Of a stretch of 64,000 nt of DNA, positions 9,150 through 18,982 are shown piece after piece. This stretch comes from a virus. A program made the position numbers and the translations under genes. Below the pieces are notes generated by a model. The model was not told the DNA's origin. It made no database searches and worked only from the letters and a program-made list of their open reading frames with translations. Position 1 is the stretch's first letter. Every line of letters starts with the position of its first letter. The DNA lies in IMG/VR virus record IMGVR_UViG_3300036832_000775, positions 8,949 through 72,948 of that record. One strand, written 5' to 3'.

Positions 9150-9497
9150 GTGAACATCACGCTATCCGTCCTCGCCGCGCTGATCATCTTCAGCTGGCTC
9201 CAGAACCCATTTGTTGAGCGGCTGATTGCAGTCGCCGGGCTCGGCGCCCTCGCGCTAGCCGCGATCTTCTTTGTCGGAGCGCTCGGCACGATGGGCCCGC
9301 CGCAACCGGAACAGGTCATGCGGCCGATGCCGCCGGGGTTCGCCGAACGCATGACAGTCGTCATCTATATTGTTCTCCTCCTGTATTCGGCGGCCATTTG
9401 GGGCCTCATCGCGGTTGTCCGGAAGGTCCAGCGCCGCCGACAACAGCGGACGCCAACGGCCCTGACCCCGCGACAAGGCTATTCTCTACGCCCCTAA
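9150..9497 (+). CDS. Counter-oriented 3-TM membrane moron
   Basis: GTG start after GGAGTCGAA RBS; three hydrophobic segments; own promoter. Confidence 0.7.
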   Translation: MNITLSVLAALIIFSWLQNPFVERLIAVAGLGALALAAIFFVGALGTMGPPQPEQVMRPMPPGFAERMTVVIYIVLLLYSAAIWGLIAVVRKVQRRRQQRTPTALTPRQGYSLRP

Positions 9498-11529
9498 GCG
9501 CCCTCATTAGCATCGGCCTCGACGCGACATGGTTCAGGATCTCGTTGACCTTATTGGGGTCTCCCGAGCTCAGATTCTTCGCGATGAAATTTGCAATCTC
9601 CGGGTTCGCCCCAGCCTTGATCAGCGCCTGGTTGTAGAGATGCCCGACGACCGCTGCGCCAGCCCCAACCATGGCGCCGACATGGGAACCCCCAGTCAGC
9701 TCACGGCCGGTAATCGCGTAGTCCCGCATGTTCCGGCCGAGCTCACCCAGCTGTGACCCGCCCCCCTCCTTCGCCGCATCAGCCCATTGCTGCACGGTCG
9801 ACGAGTTGCGCATGACCGCATTGTTCGACAGGTTCATCGCACTTTCCCAGCGCAGCGAGGCCTCGACTTTCGCCGCTCCGAGCGGGCCAAAGGCAGTCTG
9901 AAATTTCTGCCGCGTCAGCGGATCGTTGAACTGACTGAGGAGGTCCCGGCTGTCGTTCGTCGAGAGCGATTTCCCCTTGACCGCCGCAGCCATGCCGCGC
10001 GTGAACTCCGCCTTTTCGGCCTGGCTCATATTGCCGAGCGCCGCATTCATGTCGTCGAGCTTCTTGCCCGGGGGCGTCTTCAGATAGTTGAGGCCGGCGT
10101 CGAGGGCGTTCTCAGCGTTGAAGCCTTCATAGGCGCCCTGCCGCGCCGTCTTGAACGCCGGGACTGCAGTGTCCAGCTCGCTGGTTAGCGCCCGCTTGAA
10201 CGTGTTCCAGTCTTTCGCGCCCTCCTTGTTGCCGCTGCCGATCGCAGTCTCTTCCGCGCCCTGAAGCGAGCGCCTCACCTGATCCCAGTACATCAGGTCA
10301 GGAGGCTTTGCCGTGGGGTCGAGAGAGACCTTTCCAGTTTTCGGATCGACGCTGAATGGGTTCTTGGGCTGCTGCTGCCCGCTCAGCGCCGCATAGTTTT
10401 CGGCTTTCGCCTGCGCGTCTTTGAGCACGCTGCGGAACTGAGGCGCCTCCATGAGTTGTTGCATGCCAGGGGTCCAGAGCGATTGGCCGGCCGGGTCGGA
10501 GTAGGCTTTGGTGTAGTTCGTGAGATTATTGGCGCGGGCATTGCGCAAGATCGAGTCGCGGGCGGTTGCCGTATCGAGGCCTGTCGCGCCGCCGAAGGTC
10601 TGATCCATGAGGTCGGCCATGCGCTCGTTCTGCTTGTTGGCGCGCGCCATCACGGTGTTCTGAAGGATGTCTCGCGCATCCGGCGAAAGGTTTGCGGTTG
10701 CACGCGCGAGCGCCTTCGTTGGGCCGCCACCGAGGTCCATGGCCGTGACAGGATAGCCAGCCTGGCGCGCGGCCTCCCAGTCTTGCTGGGGAGTGATGCC
10801 CTGGTCGCCAAACCCGCCGCGCTCTTTTTCGACATCGGGTTGCAGCGACTCGGCCGTGCGGTTCATCGCCTTCTGTTCAGGCGAGAGCCAGCGCTCACTG
10901 AGGTTTCGGATGCCTTGCGCGGCGCCGTGAAAGACGCCGCCAAAGAAGCCGCCGCCAATCCCGCTCTCGATCGCGTTCTTCGCCCGCTCCTCCGGGGTCC
11001 AGCCTTCGCCAGCTCCGGAGCCCGCGCCCCAGAGCGAGCCGATGCCGATCGATTTCGCCAGCGTTGGGACTTTCGGGCCGAACGCCGCACCAAATGGTGC
11101 GCCGGCCGCAAGCGCCGAGCCGTAGTAGATGCCTGGATGCTGGCGCGCGCTCTCACCAGACAGGAGGTCGAGCCACTTCTTGTTCTCTTCGTAGCGCTCG
11201 CCGAATGTGCCGGTCTGTTCTTCCGATGGCAGCGCCGCGGTGCCGAGCGCCGCGATGTCTGGGCCGAACGGGAGGACATGCATGGCGCCCGTGCCGGCCG
11301 CCGTCCAACCTGAGACAGGCGCGTCTTCTTCGCCGGTTTGGCTATGCGCCGGCTCCTCTCTCACGCTTCCTTTCGGCGCTACAGCCTGCGAGGGCGCCGA
11401 TGGGGTAGCCCCTGTCGGGCTCCAGCCTGGGCCGGTGAAGCTCCAGAACGATCCAGGCTCACCGGCCGGCGCAGGCGCCTGCGTTGTGTCCTGATGCTCA
11501 TCGTTATCTGGGGCTTCCAAGACAGCCAT
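9406..11529 (-). CDS. Internal virion / DNA ejection protein
   Basis: 707 aa, Ala/Gly-rich helical with glycine-zipper segments; follows the giant ejection protein. Confidence 0.75.
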   Translation of the reverse strand: MAVLEAPDNDEHQDTTQAPAPAGEPGSFWSFTGPGWSPTGATPSAPSQAVAPKGSVREEPAHSQTGEEDAPVSGWTAAGTGAMHVLPFGPDIAALGTAALPSEEQTGTFGERYEENKKWLDLLSGESARQHPGIYYGSALAAGAPFGAAFGPKVPTLAKSIGIGSLWGAGSGAGEGWTPEERAKNAIESGIGGGFFGGVFHGAAQGIRNLSERWLSPEQKAMNRTAESLQPDVEKERGGFGDQGITPQQDWEAARQAGYPVTAMDLGGGPTKALARATANLSPDARDILQNTVMARANKQNERMADLMDQTFGGATGLDTATARDSILRNARANNLTNYTKAYSDPAGQSLWTPGMQQLMEAPQFRSVLKDAQAKAENYAALSGQQQPKNPFSVDPKTGKVSLDPTAKPPDLMYWDQVRRSLQGAEETAIGSGNKEGAKDWNTFKRALTSELDTAVPAFKTARQGAYEGFNAENALDAGLNYLKTPPGKKLDDMNAALGNMSQAEKAEFTRGMAAAVKGKSLSTNDSRDLLSQFNDPLTRQKFQTAFGPLGAAKVEASLRWESAMNLSNNAVMRNSSTVQQWADAAKEGGGSQLGELGRNMRDYAITGRELTGGSHVGAMVGAGAAVVGHLYNQALIKAGANPEIANFIAKNLSSGDPNKVNEILNHVASRPMLMRALRGVENSLVAGSGPLASAVVGGAGPSGQPR

Positions 11530-11536
11530 GGCTCAC

Positions 11537-14500
11537 TCACTGCTTAACCGGGCTGCCGTCATAGTTGAACGCCTTGCCCGTCGTCTTGTTTGTCCAAACT
11601 CCAGTCTGATTGTCGTAGGTGTATTTCCCGCTAGGCAGCCCGGGCGGCCGGACGCCCGAGCGAGCTTTCCGCAGAGAGACGGCATCGTCGATCTTGTTGT
11701 CCTTGACGAACTGATCGTCGTAGTCGCCCAGGCTGAGCGTAGTCGGGCGCTGGCCCTCCTTGGCGTGTCGCCACTTCATGTAGCCCTGGCCGTATTTGTC
11801 TTGGTAATCGAGGACGCCAAGCGCCTGCGCCAGGATGGCGCGGTTCGCCTCCGGCTCCAGCTCGGCGCTGGGCGAGGCCTGCTTGTAGGACGTGATCTCG
11901 GCGACGCGCGGGGTTCCCGGCATGGCCTTGACGGCGTCCATAATCATGGCCGTCGAGTTCTTGACGTACTCCTGGTAGCTGGAGGCCGTGCTCGGATCCA
12001 AGCCGACAGCGCCCGGGTTGAAGCCGGCCGCCTTGATGTAGCGGACGACATCAGCCTTCCAGTCTGCGCCAGCTCCCGGCTTGTAGCCGCTGTCGAGGAG
12101 CCCGATGAGCGCTTCCGCGCGCTGCGCGAGGACCGGCCGGCTGCGGAGCCCCTGGCGCACGTCGGCATCCTGTTCGGACGTCGCCTTGACGTCGGCCTCT
12201 GTCCCCGCCTCCAGGCCTTTCTTGATGCCGGCCGTCCTCGCTTCCCAGGACGCCTTCGCGGCCGCGATCATCGCGTTGCCTTGATCGATGTAGGAATTGC
12301 CGGCCGTGCCGCCGCCAATGTTCATGGCGCCGCCAAGCTTGATCCGCCGCATCCCCTCTATGTAATCCGGGTCGGTTGTGTAAGTGCCGATGTCGGCCCC
12401 AGACGTGCCGGCCCCGGTCCTATCCCCAGCTCCTCCCGCGACCTTCGTCGGCGGAGCTCCGCCCCCACCCGTTCCAGATTGCCCCGCGCCGCCCGTAGGA
12501 GCCCCGCTGGCGCCCGTTCCCCCTCCCAGGGTAGGAATAGACGGGAGAGGACCAACGCCCGTCCCTGAGCCTCCTGTGCTCCCTGTAGAGCCGTCGCCGA
12601 CGTCGATGCCCGCATCACGGAAGGCCGCGATCTGGATTTTGGCCATGCGCTGCGCGATCTGGGTCTGGATGACCTTGAAATCGGCGTCCGCGCCATGCTC
12701 GCGCGCCTCGGCCGACAGATTGGCGATCTGCGCCTGATTGTAGTTCCAGTCCTTCTCCAGGCCCTGCATCTGGCCGAGGTACTTGTTCCCGGCCGCGAAG
12801 CCCTCGCCCATCTGTGTGCCGAGCCAGGGCGAGCGAGACGCCATCATCCCTGCGCCGACCGTCATCATGTAGCCGAACGGGTCGCGCTTCAGCTCATCGC
12901 CCAAGGTCGGAGGATGGCTCGGCTGCCCGCCGCCAGGAGGAATAGCAAACCCGCCGCCGTAGCCTTCCGTAGTGGCCACGGCAGGCTGCGCGCCAGCGCT
13001 TGGGACATCGGCGCCCCCGCCCGCGACCGAGACCGGCGAGGCCTTGCCAGAGCTCAGATAGGCCTGGGCGTACTTGTCGCCCTTCCACGGCGCGAGATTG
13101 ACCCCCTTGCCATGGCTATACATCTGGTCGATCGCGAACTTGCCGACGCCCTGCCATTGGTTCGGGTCAGTCGGATCGTAGCCCGCCTTGCGCGCCTGAT
13201 CCCCGAGCGCGCCAGGATGGATGTTCATCTGAAAATCGCCGAACGAGAACGGCTTGCCTCCCTCGACATCGACGGTCGATCCGCCGACGCCAGGAGCGTA
13301 CAGCCCCTCGGCCTTCGCGACGCCGAGCGCGATGTTTGGATCGGCGCCGGGATAGGTCTTGGTGATGTAATCGCGATACCAGGCGGCTCGCTGCGCAGGA
13401 GTCGTCGCTCTCCGATCAGACGGGACGCCGCCGCCTCCGCCTCCGCCGCCGCCTCCGCCTCCGCCTCCGCCTCCGCCCCCTCCGCTCGGAGCTGGGGCCG
13501 GCGCGGGCGCGGGCGCGGCCCCCGCAAACGGGTCTAACGCCTCTTCGATCGCCGCGTCGCCGCCCTCTTGAAAGTTACCGCGCAGGGAGCCAAGCCCTAC
13601 GCCACCTCCAGTCGCGAAACCTGTATCAAGGTTGAAAGTGTCGTCAGGGAGAGCTGCGAAATCTCCCGACAGATCAGCGCCGCTGACGATATCGCTCGCC
13701 CCGCCGCCTCCGACGTCCCCGGCGCCTCCATCCGATCCCGTCGGCGTCGTCTGCGCCCCGCTCCGGTCCTTGAAGCCCGTCAGGACGGCGCCGGCCTGCT
13801 TCATCAGATCGCCAGGACTCCCCGGCTGAGCGCCGCTCTGGGGCTCTGGCGCTTTAGGCGCCTGGGCCTGCGGCGGACCTGGCCCCAGTCTGCCGCTGCT
13901 GCCGGACGAGGCCTCGATCGCCGCCAGGAACGGATCGATCGAACCGCCCCCCTCCGCAAAGCCCATACGGCCGCCGCCGCCGAACAGATCGCCGAACCCG
14001 CTCGCGGCCTTCGAGGTCGCGAAGGATCCGAGGCCTTCGCCCTGTGAGGTCTGGCCGGACATGCCGAAGCCCTGCGGCGTATAGCCGCCAGTGTTCTCGA
14101 GAGGCGAGGAGCCCATGACGCCGCCGCCGCCCTGGAAGTTAACCGGCCCACCAGAAGCCCGAACGGGAGCGCCGAGATAATCCTCACGCGGCGGGACCCA
14201 GCTCCCGTAATCGGTGTTCGGCGTCGGCCAGGAGCCATGGTTGCCAACGATGTCGGCGTAGTTGCTGAGATTGACGCGGCCTGGCCCGCCGGCTGGGTGA
14301 GCTCCTCTAGTCCGCGCGATATGCCGCGCCGCAGCAATCGCTGGGTGAACAGGCGCTTGAGCTCGAGCGTTCGGGCTGACCCCCGCGGCGACCGCGTCGC
14401 CAGGAACGTAGGTTGAGCCGCGCGCATTGCCGGTCGTTGGCACGAAGTGGCCGGCGGTGATCGGCGGCCCGCCCATGAGGCTCGTGACGTCGCCGCGATA

Positions 14501-17500
14501 GCCGCCTTGCCCAGACGCGCCGCTCAAGGAGCTTGCCGGAAGCGTCCCCGACATCGGCGCGGCGTCTCGCGACGGGACGTCGCCCCCGCTGTCATTGAAG
14601 GTGTCGAAGGTGTCGTCGCTAAGATTGGCGAATATCCTGTCGAGCCATCCGCCGCTCTGCGGCGGCGGCGCCCAGGTGCCGCCTGGGTCCGTCTGGCCGG
14701 GATAGGGCATGTTGCGAGTCTCGGCGGGACTGGACGTATCGCCGCCGTCGGCGCGGCCGATGCGGCCGCCCGTCCACTCGCTCTGGAAGCCCGCGCCTCC
14801 GCCATGGAAGGCCCCTGGCAGATCGAGCTCGTCATGATGCCACATGGGCGTGCCGAACTGATCGCCCTCCGGCGGCATGATCAGTTTCGGCCCGAAGGCG
14901 CCCCCCTCTGTGTGCCCAACCGCGTGTGGCGGGACCATCGGCATCGGGCGCGGAGGCGGCGGCTCGGGCGGCGGAGCCGGGAGCCTCAACGGAGGCTCAT
15001 TAACCCTGCCTTCGATCGGCGGCTCGACCTCGGTCGACGGCGGACGGTACTCGGTCTCGCCGGAGAGCGGTCCGGGTCTGACCGCAGGAACACGGGACTG
15101 GGGCGGGGGCTCGGGAGGAGGCCCCCAGTTCATCGAATGCCCGCCATAAGGCTTCGTCTTCCAGGTCTCATCCAGCGGCTCTGGGGCCGGCTCGGGTGCC
15201 GGCGGCCGGACGACAGTAGGCGGGACGATCGGCGGCTGCCGGAGGAGCGGCCCATGCAGGGGATCGCCGGCTGCGCCAGATCCTGCCGGCCCCGGCGTCG
15301 GCCAGCCAGGATAGCGCGCTGTCGAGGGATGGTCCGGCTGCGGCGTGATGTCATGAGGCTGACCCGTCACCGGATCATGCGCGATGACGCGAGGCTTCAC
15401 GATGCCGCGCGAAGCCGCCGCCTGTGCTCGAGCTCGCCCCGCGAGCTGGCGCTGCACTGCGATGGCTGGCGGCGCCTGCCGCCCTCCAAAGAGGCCAGAG
15501 AGGTCGAGCGCAGTGTAGGTCGGAGGCGTGCGCCCCGAACCGGTCCCCGGTTGAAAGGTAGTGAAGCGGGGGAAACCGCCACGCTGGAAGCCGTCGCGCA
15601 CGTTCGTCCCTCCGATCCCTCCGCCTGCCGATTTTCCGGGCTGGAACATGTGCGGCGTCGGTCCGCCATAAACATCGCTGTAAGAGTGCGCATAGCCAGG
15701 CATGCCCAGCTCGCCGAGGAACCGCCCCATGTCGTTGCCGGGGCCGACTTCCGCCCATTCCTGGCTCGTCCCACCGAGCGCCGCCTGCCTCATCGGCGAC
15801 TGAGGCGCTGGCTGCGATGGCGGGGGCTGCGACAGCGTTTCAGTTCCTGCCGGAACCTTTCCAGGCGTGTAGCCGAACCCGCTGCCGGAGCCGAACCCGC
15901 CGCCGGCACTGCCGCCCGCGCCAGGATCGGCGATGCCGCCGCCTTGGAAGCCCGCCCGCCCGCCGTTGGCGTGACCCGTCATTGCACCGAGGTAAGCCTG
16001 CCTACTCGCAGGCGAGACGCCGGGGGGTGGACGTGGCGGCTGCCACTGCATGGGACCCCCCCAGCCCCCGCCGCTTGGGTTGTTGTGATTTGCGACCGGG
16101 TCGAACGTCGTCGGGACCCATTGGCCTTGCGGCTGGGCTGGCGCAGCGGCGGCCGGAGCGGCGGCCGGAGCGGCGGCGAGGGGTTTCATTTCGGTTCCTG
16201 CCGGGACCTTTCCGGGCGTGTAGCCGAACCCGCCGGCACTGCCGCCCGCGCCAGAGCCGCCCGAGCCACCACCTCCGCCGCCGAAGTATTGATTGGCGAT
16301 GTCGCCGAGCTGGCCGCGAGACAGTCCGCCATATGTCGCGCCAGCTCCGCCAGGGATCCGCGCGCCCCCAATTGCGGGCGGACTCGTGATGCCTCCGGAG
16401 GGAGCGACCCCGCCGCTGCCCGAGCCCCCGCCGAAGAGACCCGCGAGAGAGGCCTCGGCCGAGCCGAATTGCGGCGACGAACCGAGGTCCTGCCAGTTTG
16501 GCGATGGCGAATTGGTGACGGGCGGCATCCACTGGCCGCCGCCGATCGCCAGCGGCGCGGTGAGATCGAACCCCAAGTAGGGGTTCTTAGAACCGCCGCT
16601 CCCCAGCTCCCAAACTGAGGCGGCCATACCAGAGGCTGGCCCCACCTCTTCTCCCGGGCTCCAGCCGCCAACATTCCCTGCCGGGTTCAACGCGCCGCCG
16701 CCCTGGAAACCTTGCCGCTCGCCGCCGGCCATACCGGATGGGCGCAACGGGACAGTCTCAAAGCCGGGGTTAGGATGAACGTCGGCCCCGCTGGCGAGCG
16801 CCATCGAGCCTAAACCCATGCGCGCGCCAGGCACCCCCATCATCATCAGATCTTGCCCAGGCGAGCCGCCTCCGCCGCCGCCTCCGCCTGCCACACCGCC
16901 GAGCGAGCCCAAGCCGCCCATCGCGCCCATCATTTGCGCGCTGCCCATCGGCGCGCCGCCGGAAGCGAAGTGGCCGCGGTCGGCTGCCTCGTCGGTCGCG
17001 CCCTCGTAGTCGACGCCGAGGAGATCGCCAACGCCGATTCGCTTCACATTGCCAGGATCGCGGTAGGCCTCTTCCTGCGCCATGAGGCCGATCTGGGTGC
17101 GCGGGTCGCCGCGGAAGTTGTAGCGGTAGATTTGCTTGCCGTCGTAGGTCTCACCGATCGGCTCGACGTTCTCTTTCGCGCGGATATCAGAGAGACCGAA
17201 CAGGCTGCCGAGCATCCCCAGTCCCTGAAGCCCGGCACCGATCCCTTGGCCGATCGTGTTCGGCGCCGGAGAAGTGGTCTGGCCCGAGGTTGTGCCGCCG
17301 GACAGGCTTCCTGTCCCCTCGACGATGTTCCCCAACCACCCCGTTGTCGTGAACGGATACGCCTGCCCTTGCTGATACATTTGCTGGGCGGCTTGATCGA
17401 TCGCCTGCTGTTCTTGTTGCGGGATCATCCCCGCCTGGATGTTCGCCTGCGCGCCCTGGAGCCCAGCCTGCTGAGCGGTCTGGCCGATCGATCCGAGCTG

Positions 17501-18106
17501 GGACGCTGCCGACAACTGGCGCTGGGCATTGGCTTGCTGCGCACCAAGATTGATCCCTTGCTGGTTCTGCCAGTTGCTCATCGCCTGGTTGAAATTGGAC
17601 TGGTTCAATCCCGCGATCGTCGGCGCCTCGGCGAGCTGCTGCTGATTGGCCAGGATCGATTGACCGATGCCAGCTCTGTCTCCGCCGAACGCGCCCGAGC
17701 TGATGTTCGCGCTGTTCAAGAATTGCGCTTGTTGTTGATTCTGATTGTTCATCTCCGCGGTACTCGCGTCGATGACCGACTTCGTGAACGGGTTCATGAA
17801 GGGCTGGAGCGAACCCATGCCCTGGAATTGCGATGGGTTGACCGGGGCGGCAGCCCCCATCGTCATCGCGCCTGCAGCTCCAAGGTAGGGCTGCGCGGCA
17901 TTCGCGTACTGACTGATCCCACCGACCCCCTGGAGCGTCTGACTCGAGAGCGGGGCGACGAGCTCGCCCTGGTAGGGTTGGTAGGGCTGATTGGCTACGT
18001 TCGTCGCGCGATCGACAAGGCCTTGGTACTCGGCCATCACCTGGGGCGGCGGCCCAGACGACGAGGTCGACGACGTCTGCTGAGTGCCTCCGCCCTTCGA
18101 GCCCAT
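11537..18106 (-). CDS. Giant (2189 aa) ejection polyprotein: Gln-rich N-domain, S74-like chaperone, Gly/Pro-rich linker, lytic-transglycosylase-like domain
   Basis: MGSKGGGTQQT start; SDIRAKENV...IGLMAQE...VDY; ALGVAKAEG...SFGDFQM. Confidence 0.8.
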   Translation of the reverse strand: MGSKGGGTQQTSSTSSSGPPPQVMAEYQGLVDRATNVANQPYQPYQGELVAPLSSQTLQGVGGISQYANAAQPYLGAAGAMTMGAAAPVNPSQFQGMGSLQPFMNPFTKSVIDASTAEMNNQNQQQAQFLNSANISSGAFGGDRAGIGQSILANQQQLAEAPTIAGLNQSNFNQAMSNWQNQQGINLGAQQANAQRQLSAASQLGSIGQTAQQAGLQGAQANIQAGMIPQQEQQAIDQAAQQMYQQGQAYPFTTTGWLGNIVEGTGSLSGGTTSGQTTSPAPNTIGQGIGAGLQGLGMLGSLFGLSDIRAKENVEPIGETYDGKQIYRYNFRGDPRTQIGLMAQEEAYRDPGNVKRIGVGDLLGVDYEGATDEAADRGHFASGGAPMGSAQMMGAMGGLGSLGGVAGGGGGGGGSPGQDLMMMGVPGARMGLGSMALASGADVHPNPGFETVPLRPSGMAGGERQGFQGGGALNPAGNVGGWSPGEEVGPASGMAASVWELGSGGSKNPYLGFDLTAPLAIGGGQWMPPVTNSPSPNWQDLGSSPQFGSAEASLAGLFGGGSGSGGVAPSGGITSPPAIGGARIPGGAGATYGGLSRGQLGDIANQYFGGGGGGSGGSGAGGSAGGFGYTPGKVPAGTEMKPLAAAPAAAPAAAAPAQPQGQWVPTTFDPVANHNNPSGGGWGGPMQWQPPRPPPGVSPASRQAYLGAMTGHANGGRAGFQGGGIADPGAGGSAGGGFGSGSGFGYTPGKVPAGTETLSQPPPSQPAPQSPMRQAALGGTSQEWAEVGPGNDMGRFLGELGMPGYAHSYSDVYGGPTPHMFQPGKSAGGGIGGTNVRDGFQRGGFPRFTTFQPGTGSGRTPPTYTALDLSGLFGGRQAPPAIAVQRQLAGRARAQAAASRGIVKPRVIAHDPVTGQPHDITPQPDHPSTARYPGWPTPGPAGSGAAGDPLHGPLLRQPPIVPPTVVRPPAPEPAPEPLDETWKTKPYGGHSMNWGPPPEPPPQSRVPAVRPGPLSGETEYRPPSTEVEPPIEGRVNEPPLRLPAPPPEPPPPRPMPMVPPHAVGHTEGGAFGPKLIMPPEGDQFGTPMWHHDELDLPGAFHGGGAGFQSEWTGGRIGRADGGDTSSPAETRNMPYPGQTDPGGTWAPPPQSGGWLDRIFANLSDDTFDTFNDSGGDVPSRDAAPMSGTLPASSLSGASGQGGYRGDVTSLMGGPPITAGHFVPTTGNARGSTYVPGDAVAAGVSPNARAQAPVHPAIAAARHIARTRGAHPAGGPGRVNLSNYADIVGNHGSWPTPNTDYGSWVPPREDYLGAPVRASGGPVNFQGGGGVMGSSPLENTGGYTPQGFGMSGQTSQGEGLGSFATSKAASGFGDLFGGGGRMGFAEGGGSIDPFLAAIEASSGSSGRLGPGPPQAQAPKAPEPQSGAQPGSPGDLMKQAGAVLTGFKDRSGAQTTPTGSDGGAGDVGGGGASDIVSGADLSGDFAALPDDTFNLDTGFATGGGVGLGSLRGNFQEGGDAAIEEALDPFAGAAPAPAPAPAPSGGGGGGGGGGGGGGGGGGGVPSDRRATTPAQRAAWYRDYITKTYPGADPNIALGVAKAEGLYAPGVGGSTVDVEGGKPFSFGDFQMNIHPGALGDQARKAGYDPTDPNQWQGVGKFAIDQMYSHGKGVNLAPWKGDKYAQAYLSSGKASPVSVAGGGADVPSAGAQPAVATTEGYGGGFAIPPGGGQPSHPPTLGDELKRDPFGYMMTVGAGMMASRSPWLGTQMGEGFAAGNKYLGQMQGLEKDWNYNQAQIANLSAEAREHGADADFKVIQTQIAQRMAKIQIAAFRDAGIDVGDGSTGSTGGSGTGVGPLPSIPTLGGGTGASGAPTGGAGQSGTGGGGAPPTKVAGGAGDRTGAGTSGADIGTYTTDPDYIEGMRRIKLGGAMNIGGGTAGNSYIDQGNAMIAAAKASWEARTAGIKKGLEAGTEADVKATSEQDADVRQGLRSRPVLAQRAEALIGLLDSGYKPGAGADWKADVVRYIKAAGFNPGAVGLDPSTASSYQEYVKNSTAMIMDAVKAMPGTPRVAEITSYKQASPSAELEPEANRAILAQALGVLDYQDKYGQGYMKWRHAKEGQRPTTLSLGDYDDQFVKDNKIDDAVSLRKARSGVRPPGLPSGKYTYDNQTGVWTNKTTGKAFNYDGSPVKQ
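13428..13482. repeat. GGC/GGA microsatellite encoding a poly-Gly tract
   Basis: CCGCCT/CCG iterations; run of about 19 Gly. Confidence 0.8.
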
Positions 18107-18110
18107 GGCT

Positions 18111-18677
18111 CTACTCCGCTGCCACGCTATTCGCTGGCGTCATCTCCGCAAGGCGCTGGGCGAAAGGAATCCGGTTAGGTGGCGCGTAACAGAAGAACGC
18201 GCCGAACTGCGGGAGCCAGCGGCGATAGAGCCTGATCTTCGCCGCGGTCCGAATGTTCGAGAACACGCCGACGGTGAGATCGAGGCCGATCTGATCGGAG
18301 CATTGCTTCGCGTAAGCGATGAGGTCTGCGGCGAAGCCCATGCGCCGGTAGTCCGGCTTCACGTAATTGAAAAACTCGAGGAGCTGCCAGTCGTCCGAGT
18401 ACCAGATCGGCTCGATCAGCAAGAAGATCGCGCCCTTGAGATCGTGACGATCGCCGATCACGCCGAGGATGCCGCGGCGTTCCGGCCCCTGGCGAATAGC
18501 GAGCCGGATCATCGCGGCGACCTTGCCGAGATTGAGCGGATGATAAGGTTGTTCGGCGTGCATCATCTTGCACATCTCGAGGATGCCGAACTCGTCATGC
18601 TCATCGGCCATGCGGATATTCAGGCGCGGCGGCGCGCTCCGCAGCTCAGCCTCGTGTACGCGAGAAAACTCTTTCAC
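18111..18677 (-). CDS. GNAT-fold acetyltransferase
   Basis: YVKPDYRRMGFAADLIAYAK motif A; LYRR; usual position before ejection genes. Confidence 0.85.
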   Translation of the reverse strand: MKEFSRVHEAELRSAPPRLNIRMADEHDEFGILEMCKMMHAEQPYHPLNLGKVAAMIRLAIRQGPERRGILGVIGDRHDLKGAIFLLIEPIWYSDDWQLLEFFNYVKPDYRRMGFAADLIAYAKQCSDQIGLDLTVGVFSNIRTAAKIRLYRRWLPQFGAFFCYAPPNRIPFAQRLAEMTPANSVAAE

Positions 18678-18982
18678 GAGTCGAGCTCCTTCTCGAACTC
18701 CGGCCAGAGGTAGAGCTCCTTGCGGCCGAAGGCATCCTTCGCGAAGCGGCTGATCTCATCGGGCGGATCGAACGCCGTCGGCGTGCCCTCGACCTTGAGC
18801 TGCGCGAGCCCGAGGTAGCGCATCGACGGTCCAGGCTGCACGAGCCCTGCAGGGTCGGGCGGATCGGCATATGGAATCCCGGTCGGATGCAGCATGACCG
18901 GCAGCTCGGCCGCGATCTGCGGCGCGAGCGCGGCGGCCGGCGCTGCGATGCCAAGCAGCTTGAGGAATCCTCGTCTGTTCAT
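18674..18982 (-). CDS. Small protein with twin-arginine signal
   Basis: MNRRGFLKLLGIAAPAAALA; ATGA-coupled. Confidence 0.75.
   Translation of the reverse strand: MNRRGFLKLLGIAAPAAALAPQIAAELPVMLHPTGIPYADPPDPAGLVQPGPSMRYLGLAQLKVEGTPTAFDPPDEISRFAKDAFGRKELYLWPEFEKELDS

Noticed and set aside
10456-18178. Long plus-strand ORFs (e.g. 14447-16618, 16853-18178) and similar ones at 31176, 40952, 42467 and 61231
   Set aside because: Antisense shadows of GC-rich real genes; Arg-rich, with no RBS or recognisable domains.
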